Positions 56,071 to 64,000 of a stretch of 64,000 nt of DNA are shown in pieces. The number at the start of each line of letters is the position of its first letter. Within the stretch, counting starts at the first letter, position 1. This stretch comes from an uncultured Acidobacteriota bacterium (lineage in GTDB: Bacteria; Acidobacteriota; Terriglobia; Terriglobales; Acidobacteriaceae). A program made the position numbers and the translations under genes. The notes below the pieces were generated by a model, which worked only from the letters and a program-made list of their open reading frames with translations, searched no databases and was not told the DNA's origin. The stretch covers positions 437,762 through 501,761 of the forward strand of contig CAVOUU010000004.1 in NCBI GenBank assembly GCA_963699695.1, in the 5' to 3' direction.

Positions 56071-58008
56071 ATGAAAAAGTATGCAGCCTCGATCATAGCC
56101 GCGGTTTTGGTTTCCCTGAGCGTATTCCTTCTTGGTCAGGATGCCTCTCGCGATCAGGCGAACTCAAACCCGCGGCGGCAAGACTGGACGAACTATACGC
56201 GCATTGCAGCGTGGTCGCTGAAACCGGACAATGCAGAAAAAATTGTCCGCGAGGCTGAGCAGAGCCATGTCGCCGGCATTGAAGTCGACAACGATATCCC
56301 TGGGCGCTACGAAAGCTTTCTCAACCCTGAAGAGAAGCTCGCCGCGATTCGCGCGGTGGCGGAGCGCGCGCACAAAGTTGGCAATCACGCCTTCGTTTAC
56401 ATTGCGGGGCTGGAGTGCATTACGGCAAACGCTGACCGGTCACCCCATTCGGTCGTCAAAGATCATCCGGATTGGTTGCAACGCAAGATCACGGGTGAGC
56501 CCGCAGTCTTTGGCGGCGGCGATGCTTTCTGGATCGCAAAAGGCGACGAGGATGTGTGGATCAGTCCCTACGCGGCAGAGTGGCGCAAGACTTATATGGA
56601 GCGAGTGCGCCAGATTGCCGCGACGGGCATCGACGGCATCTACGTGGACATTCCGTATTGGATGACGCACTTCGACGGTTGGGAAGATACATGGGCCAGC
56701 TTTGATGACGCTACAGTCGCGGCTTTTCGCAAGCAGACTGGCCTGGATGCACGCCACGACCTGAAGCTGGGAGATTTCTCCGATTCGAATTTTCGACAAT
56801 GGGTCGATTTTCGGATTCAATCGCTGACCGACTTTATGCGGGAGATTGATCAGACCGCGAAATCGGTAAATCCCGAGATCAAAACCATTCCAGAAATATA
56901 TCCAGGCATCGAGGAAGAAGCCGTCCGTGTGGGCGCCGACGTATACAGTCTGTACGCCGTGAACGACGCCGTTGCGCATGAATATGAATTTGGCGGCGGG
57001 GACCACATGGCATCCTCGCGAACGCCGTTCGATTGGTTCCGTTACCAGATCGGCATGCAAACCTTCCGAGCGTTCGCCCAAGGCAAAGCGACCTGGATAT
57101 TGAATTATTCGTGGGATGGCGATCCCAAGGTCAGCGCCCCGGAGCCGATGAAGAATCTTTTCATGTCGGAAATTATGGCGGGAGCGAATGTGTGGGATGC
57201 TGCGACCCACGTTATGTCCGGCTCAAACGATCTGGACACGCGGAAGCAGGTGTTCGCATGGATTGCGGCTCACGAAAAGATCTTCTATCGTCCGCGGACA
57301 GCGCTTGATCCAGTTGGCGTCTATTTTTCTCCGGCAACGCGCAACTACTTTACAAAAGAGTTCCTTCGTTCTTATCAAGGGACGTTGTTGCTACTGATGC
57401 AGAGTCATCGCGAATATCAGATCGTGACGCCGAGGACGCTGGCTTCGTTCCACGGGAAAACTTTGATATTGCCGGATGTGCGCATTCTTTCAAAGGATGA
57501 GACGCTTGCCTTGCAAAAGTATGCCGGGAGCGGTGGAAAGATCGTCGCGACCGGCTCCATGAACCAGGAGTTATTGCAATTAACGAACGTGACTCACCTC
57601 GCCGATTCACCCGGGGCGCGCTACATGGCGCTGGCGGAAAGCCGCTTCGATGATTGCTCGCCTGATAGCGAAAAGAATTTTCTAGATAGCCTGAGTGCGG
57701 GTGAAATTCAGGTGAAGACGTCGCCTAGGGTTGCGGCGCAAATTGCGTCCGTCGAGGGCGAAATGCACGTATTCCTTGCCAACTTCCAGGGGCTGCGATC
57801 CAAAGAGAATGCTGTGCAGACTCCTGAGAAGCACGCCGAAATAAGTGTGCCGGGCAAGATGCAGGGACACTTCTTGACATTTCTCGGCGAGGAAGCCGGA
57901 ATCGCTGGCCACTTCGAAAATGGGCGTACTCATTTCGATTTGCCGGAGATCGACAAAGGCGCGGTAGTCTGGTTCACGCCCGCTGGCGCTTCTGAAGCTG
58001 CGTTCTAG
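56071..58008 (+). CDS. Secreted TIM-barrel glycoside-hydrolase-like protein of uncertain family (GH42-like layout)
   Basis: Start set at ATG 56071 (MKKYAASIIAAVLVSLSVFLLGQ signal). The barrel-like region has GIDGIYVDIPYW and a Glu-rich EIYPGIEEE. The C-terminal part (GKTLILPDVRILSKDETLALQKYAGSGGKIVATG) resembles the GH42 trimerisation/GATase-like domain. Confidence 0.7.
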   Translation: MKKYAASIIAAVLVSLSVFLLGQDASRDQANSNPRRQDWTNYTRIAAWSLKPDNAEKIVREAEQSHVAGIEVDNDIPGRYESFLNPEEKLAAIRAVAERAHKVGNHAFVYIAGLECITANADRSPHSVVKDHPDWLQRKITGEPAVFGGGDAFWIAKGDEDVWISPYAAEWRKTYMERVRQIAATGIDGIYVDIPYWMTHFDGWEDTWASFDDATVAAFRKQTGLDARHDLKLGDFSDSNFRQWVDFRIQSLTDFMREIDQTAKSVNPEIKTIPEIYPGIEEEAVRVGADVYSLYAVNDAVAHEYEFGGGDHMASSRTPFDWFRYQIGMQTFRAFAQGKATWILNYSWDGDPKVSAPEPMKNLFMSEIMAGANVWDAATHVMSGSNDLDTRKQVFAWIAAHEKIFYRPRTALDPVGVYFSPATRNYFTKEFLRSYQGTLLLLMQSHREYQIVTPRTLASFHGKTLILPDVRILSKDETLALQKYAGSGGKIVATGSMNQELLQLTNVTHLADSPGARYMALAESRFDDCSPDSEKNFLDSLSAGEIQVKTSPRVAAQIASVEGEMHVFLANFQGLRSKENAVQTPEKHAEISVPGKMQGHFLTFLGEEAGIAGHFENGRTHFDLPEIDKGAVVWFTPAGASEAAF

Positions 58009-58050
58009 CCTCCTGCAAACCTTGGCTGCGCCAGCGGTACTCCTTTTTAG

Positions 58051-58090
58051 CATTCGATGCATATTGAAGTAATTCGTAAGCATTCGTAAG
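58051..58090 (+). promoter_or_regulatory. 10-bp-phased direct repeats upstream of agaZ (candidate DeoR-type operator)
   Basis: CATTCGATGC (58051), ATATTGAAGT (58061), AATTCGTAAG (58071) and CATTCGTAAG (58081). The last two are a near-perfect tandem ending 26 nt before the TTG start at 58117. Confidence 0.4.
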
Positions 58091-58116
58091 ATAAACATCG
58101 GAATTGAGGAACCGGC

Positions 58117-59457
58117 TTGAACCCCGAAATTCGGAAGCGCAGAGATAATCCAAGCGCCAGCCTTCAGGATGTACTGGCTCGTAATCGCGTCTCAGCAAAG
58201 GGCGGCGTTTATGCCGTGTGCTCGGCACATCCGTGGGTGATCGATGCGGCGATACAACAGTCGATAGAAGACGGTTCTGTCCTCCACGTAGAATCCACTT
58301 CCAGCCAGGTTAATCAGTACGGGGGCTACAGCGGGCAGACGCCGAGTCAGTTTGCAGGGTTTGTCCACGCAGCCGCCCGGCGCAGGGGACTTCCCGAAGA
58401 TCGAATCCTGTTGGGCGGGGACCATCTAGGGCCATTTCCGTGGAAATGCGAGGCCGCGAACAGCGCGCTGAATAAGGCTTGCCAACTTGCCCGCGATTGT
58501 GTCCTCGCTGGCTATCGGAAGATTCATCTAGACGCGAGCATGGCTTGTGGCGAGGACGGTGAGGCGCTTAGCGAACAGATCGTCGCGCAGCGGGCTGCTG
58601 TTCTTTGCGAAGCCGCGGAACGCGCTCTGAAAGACGCACTCCAAAGCATCGATCCTCCCCTCTATGTTATCGGTACTGAAGTTCCCGTTCCTGGGGGCGA
58701 GTCGGCTTTAGGACTACCCCCTGCGGTCACCACAATCGAGAGCCTGCATGAGACTTTGCGAGTTTTGCAGCGAGCCTTTGAAGAGAGAGGTTTGGCCGCA
58801 GCGTGGCAAAGAGTAATCGGGGTCGTCGTTCAGCCCGGGGTCGAATTTGGGGACGAAGTTGTTTTTGAGTACGACAAAGCGAAGGCTCGTTCACTTTCTG
58901 AAGGATTGCCTCGCAGCACTTCCTTGGTATATGAGGCGCACTCCACGGACTATCAACCTCCCGCGGCATTGGCGCAAATGGTCGAAGACCACTTCGCAAT
59001 TCAGAAAGTCGGTCCCTGGTTGACCTTCGCCTTCCGGGAAGCCGTATTTGCTCTGCGCCTAATAGAAAAAGAATTGTTCGCCAGTGAAAAAAGCCGGCGA
59101 CCGTCGCAACTTCGGGAAGCGCTCGATGCTGCCATGCTGCGCGAACCCGCGTATTGGCGCTCCTACTATAAGGGCGATGAGAGCCAACTGCGCATCTCCC
59201 GCGCTTATAGTTACAGCGATCGCTGCCGATATTACTGGCACCAGGCTCCGGTCCAAGCGGAACTTGAACGCCTACTCGAGAATCTAAGCGAGCGGCCAAT
59301 CCCATTAACGCTCCTCAGCCAGTACCTGCCGCAGGAGTATAAAGCGATCAGGACGAAGCTCATCCAGAACCAGCCGGGGACAATTATTCGATATCACATT
59401 CAAGCGGTGTTGCGTTTGTACGCGACCGCGTGTGGAATGCGCGGGGAGGCTAATTAG
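58117..59457 (+). CDS. agaZ: GatZ/KbaZ/AgaZ-family tagatose-phosphate enzyme
   Basis: 446 aa, collinear with E. coli AgaZ as I recall it: GVYAVCSAHPWVIDAAI, VESTSSQVNQYGGYSG, LGGDHLGP, KIHLDASM, VIGTEVPVPGG, VVQPGVEF, EAHSTDYQ, FAIQKVGPWLTFA, YSYSDRCRYYW. TTG start. Confidence 0.85.
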   Translation: MNPEIRKRRDNPSASLQDVLARNRVSAKGGVYAVCSAHPWVIDAAIQQSIEDGSVLHVESTSSQVNQYGGYSGQTPSQFAGFVHAAARRRGLPEDRILLGGDHLGPFPWKCEAANSALNKACQLARDCVLAGYRKIHLDASMACGEDGEALSEQIVAQRAAVLCEAAERALKDALQSIDPPLYVIGTEVPVPGGESALGLPPAVTTIESLHETLRVLQRAFEERGLAAAWQRVIGVVVQPGVEFGDEVVFEYDKAKARSLSEGLPRSTSLVYEAHSTDYQPPAALAQMVEDHFAIQKVGPWLTFAFREAVFALRLIEKELFASEKSRRPSQLREALDAAMLREPAYWRSYYKGDESQLRISRAYSYSDRCRYYWHQAPVQAELERLLENLSERPIPLTLLSQYLPQEYKAIRTKLIQNQPGTIIRYHIQAVLRLYATACGMRGEAN

Positions 59458-59501
59458 GAGGGCGGGGCTTTCCTGAGAGTGTGGCAGTGTGAAGATTCCC
59501 G

Positions 59502-59561
59502 TTGACAATCCGATCAAACGGAAGTAAAAGTAACACTTCGTAAAGTTACACAATATATTGT
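59502..59561 (+). promoter_or_regulatory. Candidate promoter (TTGACA-17-TAAAAG) followed by inverted repeats
   Basis: Perfect -35 at 59502-59507. GTAAC-N10-GTTAC at 59530-59549 contains TTCGTAAAG. A perfect 12-bp palindrome, ACAATATATTGT, lies at 59550-59561. Confidence 0.35.
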
Positions 59562-59617
59562 CCACCTGGAAGCGAGAGCGGAGGGGGACTTCCCCGATGC
59601 GACTCAGGAGGCTTGCC

Positions 59618-62600
59618 ATGCCCTTGCATTTCCACATCCGTCAAATACACGTTCGCCAGATTTCCGGCGCTCTCTTTTTTCTAATCGCCATTAGCTTTGC
59701 CACCCCGCTATGGGCGCAAAAGGATGCCGGAACGATTGTGGGAACCGTGCGCGACAGTAGTGGCGCGGTGGTCCAGGGCGCGAAGGTCTCGGTGGAGGAC
59801 GTAGATCGAGGCGTGCAGATGACTCTCTCCACTAACCCGGAGGGAGAATATGTAGCCAGTCCGCTGCACATCGGGCGCTATCGGGTCACGGTGGAGAAGA
59901 CGGGTTTCAAGAAGGCTGTGTCTGAAGTTGTCCAACTGGATGTGCAGGGGCGCGTTGCTATCAACGTTCCCCTGCAGGTCGGATTGATATCCGAAGAGAT
60001 GGTGGTTACAGGCGCTGCGCCGCTGCTCGAGACTGAAACTTCGGAGTTAGGGCAGGTCGTTGACCAAAAGCGGGTGAGCAACCTGCCGCTTAATGGGAGA
60101 AACTTCGCTCAGTTAGCGCTGCTAAGCGCAGGCACTGCGCCAAGTGAACCGGGCGCGCGCGATGAGGGTGGATATGGCTTCAGCTCGAATGGGGCAAGGT
60201 CACTGCAGAACAATTTCCTGCTGGACGGCGTGGACAATAATTCGAACCTGCCTGATCTTCTCAACGAAACGAATTTCGTAATTCAGCCTCCAGTCGAAGC
60301 TCTGCAAGAATTCAAGGTCCAGACCAACGCGTATAGTGCCGAGTTCGGGCGCGGCAATGGAGCGATCATCAACGCGGTCATCAAGTCTGGAACGAACCAG
60401 CTTCACGGCTCGGCTTGGGAGTTTCTTCGCAACAATGTAGTGGACGCGAGGAATTATTTCGATCCCGTGGGACCGGTTCCACCCTACAAGCAAAATCAGT
60501 TTGGCGCGACATTCGGCGGGCCGGTCTTGATCCCGCACCTGTATGACGGCCGGGGGCGAACCTTCTTTTTTGTAGACTACGAGGGGTATCGCGTGCGGCA
60601 GGCGCAAACCCAGGTTGGGTTTGTTCCACCCACGGCGTGGCGGACCGGAGATTTTTCCAGCCTGATCGACTACACGACGGTCACCGGCACGGATTGCAAT
60701 AACATACCGACGTACGCGGGAGAAATTTTCGACGCCAAGCTGGCGCAGCCAACTTGCGGCGTGCCTTTCCAATACGACTCAACCGGCAAGCCTTTGAACA
60801 TTATTCCTGCGGCGCCAGTGGTTGCGGGCGGCGGTTCGTTGGATCCGTTAGCGCTGCGTCTGGCGGCGCTGTATCCGGCGGCGGGGCCGATCAATTCAAG
60901 CGGGAATAACTTCGTCGCCAATCCAGTGCGTCAGGAAACGCGTAACAATTTCGACGCGCGAGTCGATCAAAAATTCTCCGACATTGACAATGCTTTCTTT
61001 CGATTCAGCTTTGAGAACCAACCCAGTTCCATTCCCGGCACTTTCGGCGGCTTGGCCGATGGTGGAGGGTTTTTCAGCGGGCAAGAAGATTTTTCGTACC
61101 GCAGCTTTGCCACCAGCTGGACTCACGTTTTCAAGCCGGAGTTAATCAACGAATTTCGCCTGGGCTACAACCGGGTGAATGCTCACCGCCTGGAACTCAA
61201 TGCAGATACCAATGTATCGGCCGAACCCAATATCGATTTCCCCGGCGTCCCGTATTCCCCAGGCATTGGCGGCCTGCCGCAATTGGTCTTCAGCGATGTT
61301 TCAACGCTGGGCAGTCCCACCTTTTTGCCCTCGATTGAACTGCAGAATTCCTACACGCTTTCGGAGAACCTCACCTGGGTTCGCGGCCGCCACACTTGGA
61401 AGTTCGGCACTGAGATCCGGCGCGAAGAGTTCACAATCTTTCAACCTGCCGCGGCACGCGGAACGCTCTCCTTCACTCCAACTCTGACTGACAATCCCGC
61501 AGCCATCGGAACCGGCGGCACCGGGTTCGCTTCCTTCATGGCAGGGCTTACCAGCGGCGGCAGCATCAATAATCTGCACAACGTGGATTATTTCCGCAAC
61601 ACCTATGCGTTTTATGCGCAGGATGATTGGAAGGTTACGCCGACGGTGGTATTGAATTTCGGATTGCGTTACGAACTTTTTGGCACAGTTTCAGATCGAC
61701 AAAATGACGTGGGGAACTTCGACCTCAGTGATCCCACCGATCCCACAATCTTCGTGCCCAAAGGACAGACTGCACAACTCACGCCCTATATCGCGCAGTA
61801 TGTCAAGATCAGCCCTACGGCGAGCCGCGGGTTACTCAACTCCGATCTGAATAACTTGGCGCCTCGCGTCGGATTAGCCTGGCAGTTTACTCCGAGGACG
61901 GTGTTGCGAATGGGGTATGGAATTTTCTACGGCGGCCAGGAGAATGGTCCGTACTCGAATCCAAGTCCGGGATTCAACCCTCCGTTCTTCACCAACCAAT
62001 CGTTCATCTCCCCTTGTGGCGCGCCGACGGCCAATGCCCTCGCCGGAGATTGCCGCGTCACTCAGATTCCCTCGCTAGCGAATGGGTTCCCCGCCAACTC
62101 GCTCGTAGATCCCAACACGCCCATCTTCTTCTCTGTCGATAAAAACCTGCGCACGCCCTATATGCAGCAGTGGCATCTGAGCTTTGAACGCCAACTTCCT
62201 GCGAATAGCGTTTTGACCGTGACCTATGCGGGTTCCAAAGGGACGAAGTTGTATACGTTCTTCAATGGCAACCAGGCGGCGCCCGATCCGAATCCGAATG
62301 ATGCAACCGCGCCAAGGCGGCCCGTGTCTGCGACCCTGATCGGCTCACCGGCCCCGTGTTCTCTGGCAAATTCTCAATACTGTAGTCCGGTATTCGATAC
62401 CGGCATCGATTGGTTCCGCTCGACTGGTTCGTCCAACTACAACTCGCTTCAGGCAAGTTTGGAAAAGCGCTTCGCCAAGGGACTTCAGTTCCAGGGATCG
62501 TATACCTACGCCCACTCGCTGGATATCGCTTCGAATGCGAATCTTGGTCCTACGCAGAACAACAGCGACTTCCGCTACTTCCGCGACCCGCAGGCCGAAT

Positions 62601-63268
62601 ACGGCAATTCCGATTTCGATGTGCGCCAACGCTTCGTCTTCAATTCAATCTACGAACTGCCCTTCGGCCACGGCAAACATTTCATGGGGAGCGCCACCGG
62701 GGTTGCGAACCAGATAGCTGGAGGCTGGCAGATTGCGAATATCCTCTCGATCTCTACTGGAAACTGGTACACGGTGCTCGACGCAAACGGCAACTTCGCT
62801 AATTCCGACGGCGGCGCCGGCGGCGTTTCTCAGCGTCCAGACCTTGTCGGAGACCCAAACCGCGCGGGCGTTGTGCCGGGAAATCCCAATCCGCAATGCC
62901 AGGTCCTGATGTCGCAAGGCGGTCTGGCCCCAAACAAGATTCACACGCCAACGCAATGGTTCAATACATGCGCCTTCGCTGACCCTGCGTTGGGATCATT
63001 CGGCGACGTGGGACGAAACACGATCGAAGCTCCGGGATACAAAGAGTGGGACTTCTCGGTATTCAAGTTCTTCCACACCTCAGAGAAGACAGATCTGGAA
63101 TTTCGCGCGGAGTTCTTCAATCTTCTCAATCACACGAACTTTCTGTTCGCGGAAAGCGGCCCGCAGAATGGAAACAACGCAACCATTCTTGGAACCCCGC
63201 AGTTCGGCAATTTAACCGCTGCCCGGCCGCCCCGGCAGATACAGTTTGCGCTCAAGTTTTCTTTCTAA
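59618..63268 (+). CDS. TonB-dependent outer-membrane receptor with a CarboxypepD_reg-like N-domain
   Basis: Tracked from TTG 59558. ATG 59618 is preferred (AGGAGG 6 nt upstream, signal ending PLWAQ). Contains GTIVGTVRDSSGAVVQGAKVSV and a C-terminal FALKFSF. Confidence 0.9.
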   Translation: MPLHFHIRQIHVRQISGALFFLIAISFATPLWAQKDAGTIVGTVRDSSGAVVQGAKVSVEDVDRGVQMTLSTNPEGEYVASPLHIGRYRVTVEKTGFKKAVSEVVQLDVQGRVAINVPLQVGLISEEMVVTGAAPLLETETSELGQVVDQKRVSNLPLNGRNFAQLALLSAGTAPSEPGARDEGGYGFSSNGARSLQNNFLLDGVDNNSNLPDLLNETNFVIQPPVEALQEFKVQTNAYSAEFGRGNGAIINAVIKSGTNQLHGSAWEFLRNNVVDARNYFDPVGPVPPYKQNQFGATFGGPVLIPHLYDGRGRTFFFVDYEGYRVRQAQTQVGFVPPTAWRTGDFSSLIDYTTVTGTDCNNIPTYAGEIFDAKLAQPTCGVPFQYDSTGKPLNIIPAAPVVAGGGSLDPLALRLAALYPAAGPINSSGNNFVANPVRQETRNNFDARVDQKFSDIDNAFFRFSFENQPSSIPGTFGGLADGGGFFSGQEDFSYRSFATSWTHVFKPELINEFRLGYNRVNAHRLELNADTNVSAEPNIDFPGVPYSPGIGGLPQLVFSDVSTLGSPTFLPSIELQNSYTLSENLTWVRGRHTWKFGTEIRREEFTIFQPAAARGTLSFTPTLTDNPAAIGTGGTGFASFMAGLTSGGSINNLHNVDYFRNTYAFYAQDDWKVTPTVVLNFGLRYELFGTVSDRQNDVGNFDLSDPTDPTIFVPKGQTAQLTPYIAQYVKISPTASRGLLNSDLNNLAPRVGLAWQFTPRTVLRMGYGIFYGGQENGPYSNPSPGFNPPFFTNQSFISPCGAPTANALAGDCRVTQIPSLANGFPANSLVDPNTPIFFSVDKNLRTPYMQQWHLSFERQLPANSVLTVTYAGSKGTKLYTFFNGNQAAPDPNPNDATAPRRPVSATLIGSPAPCSLANSQYCSPVFDTGIDWFRSTGSSNYNSLQASLEKRFAKGLQFQGSYTYAHSLDIASNANLGPTQNNSDFRYFRDPQAEYGNSDFDVRQRFVFNSIYELPFGHGKHFMGSATGVANQIAGGWQIANILSISTGNWYTVLDANGNFANSDGGAGGVSQRPDLVGDPNRAGVVPGNPNPQCQVLMSQGGLAPNKIHTPTQWFNTCAFADPALGSFGDVGRNTIEAPGYKEWDFSVFKFFHTSEKTDLEFRAEFFNLLNHTNFLFAESGPQNGNNATILGTPQFGNLTAARPPRQIQFALKFSF

Positions 63269-63316
63269 AGTCGACGCTCGCGTTTCTCGCAGCCTTTCTG
63301 AATAGGGGGTCAACCC

Positions 63317-64000
63317 ATGAGCCATGCACAAGGTCTGTTTGAAAGATTGGCGATCGCTGGGCGCGCGTTCAAAACTTCGCTCAAGCCCTCTCCAGTTTTG
63401 AGATCCTGTATCGCGTGCGCGAGTTTCGTTGCTACAACTCTGTACGCTGCGCCGTGTCCCGCCCAGCAACTGACGAACCGCGATCTTTCCGTGACGGTTA
63501 ATCCGCAGGATGGATCGTATCGGTTCGGACCTGTCGGCAGTCCGCCCGTAGTTGAAGCAGGCATCGGTGCGTTGGTCGATCACCGGTGGCAGCGTTCCAG
63601 CGAATACGCATCGCACTCGCTTTCCGAATCGACATTCAGCGACGCGCTTGGCGCCGGTAAAGAGTTAACGGTCACTTTCACCGCGGCAAGCGGAAGTCCC
63701 GATCTTATTTATGTGCTGCAGCTTTACACAGAAAAGCCTTTCGGCTCCATTCAAGTGCGGGTCAGGAACGGAACCAGTAAAGCCATGTCGGTGCAGGCGA
63801 TTCGCAGTGTTGATGCGACAGGAGACTCGATCGTCAACCTGGGTGGGCCTCCATCGCAGGAGCGAGCTCTCTCCGATAGCTTCAGCGAAGATTGGCCCGA
63901 CCTGGTGATCTATGATCTCGGGGATGCTCCGGGCGGCATGCATCGCGGCGTCGGAAGCCAGCTGATCTACAACCGGCAGACGAAGCAGAGCTTATTTCTT
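63317..64000 (+). CDS. GH36-like alpha-galactosidase family protein, N-terminal part (runs off the window end)
   Basis: Open frame from ATG 63317 to the window end (228 codons), so it is absent from the track. Signal-like N-terminus. FSDALGAGKELTVTFTAASG parallels VSDAFGSGERLSLTGKAGD in the N-domain of 49707..51854. Confidence 0.65.
   Translation, partial: MSHAQGLFERLAIAGRAFKTSLKPSPVLRSCIACASFVATTLYAAPCPAQQLTNRDLSVTVNPQDGSYRFGPVGSPPVVEAGIGALVDHRWQRSSEYASHSLSESTFSDALGAGKELTVTFTAASGSPDLIYVLQLYTEKPFGSIQVRVRNGTSKAMSVQAIRSVDATGDSIVNLGGPPSQERALSDSFSEDWPDLVIYDLGDAPGGMHRGVGSQLIYNRQTKQSLFL

Noticed and set aside
57980-58048. 10-bp perfect inverted repeat (CCGCTGGCGC/GCGCCAGCGG) spanning the stop codon of 56071..58008, followed by TTTTT
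   Set aside because: The loop is 38 nt and 6 nt separate the stem from the T-run, which is atypical for an intrinsic terminator. It is noted but not called.

Overview
This is a 64-kb GC-rich bacterial chromosome segment. The gene content suggests Acidobacteriota/Terriglobia: three ~1,200-aa TonB-dependent receptors with carboxypeptidase-regulatory-like N-domains, many secreted glycoside hydrolases, and giant Hanks-kinase fusion proteins. That taxonomic call is inference only.

Layout:
1. 1-9.0 kb, minus strand. One tightly overlapping flagellar operon: cytoplasmic sensor kinase, sigma54 response regulator, flgB, flgC, an AT-rich repeat/hairpin, then fliE, fliF, fliG, fliH, fliI and the start of fliJ. 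A multi-TM GGDEF protein lies upstream.
2. 10.5-14.4 kb. An OmpR-type regulator, an ATP-site-degenerate histidine-kinase-like protein, a sigma54 activator with no DNA-binding domain, and an untracked 53-aa CxxCxGxG zinc-finger ORF.
3. 14.5-24.8 kb. M13 peptidase, GH2 beta-mannosidase, ROK kinase, GH3/PA14 beta-glucosidase and a GH13 alpha-glucosidase.
4. 24,986-25,079. tRNA-Ser(GCU).
5. 25.1-38.5 kb. A block bounded by a truncated IS3 transposase fragment on one side and a frameshifted, 5'-truncated phage terminase remnant on the other. It carries a TonB receptor, an 1,841-aa kinase-like/STAND-ATPase/GAF/PAS/histidine-kinase fusion whose kinase domain looks catalytically degenerate, and a canonical membrane Ser/Thr kinase with TPR repeats.
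6. 38.5-44.9 kb, minus strand. A complete his operon in the order hisI-G-D-C-B-H-F-A.
7. 45.2-64 kb. A polysaccharide-utilisation-like locus: agaS, agaZ, a DeoR regulator, two TonB receptors and four or five alpha-galactosidase-like or TIM-barrel hydrolases. It has phased direct repeats in its promoter regions.

The best-supported new observation is upstream of the his operon. An untracked 25-codon leader peptide (MISSNYHRHHHHHHHAMSASAEDYG) is followed by mutually exclusive antiterminator and terminator helices, which is a textbook ribosome-mediated attenuator.

No CRISPR array, rRNA or intact mobile element was seen. All functional calls rest on motif recognition by eye; no database search was run.
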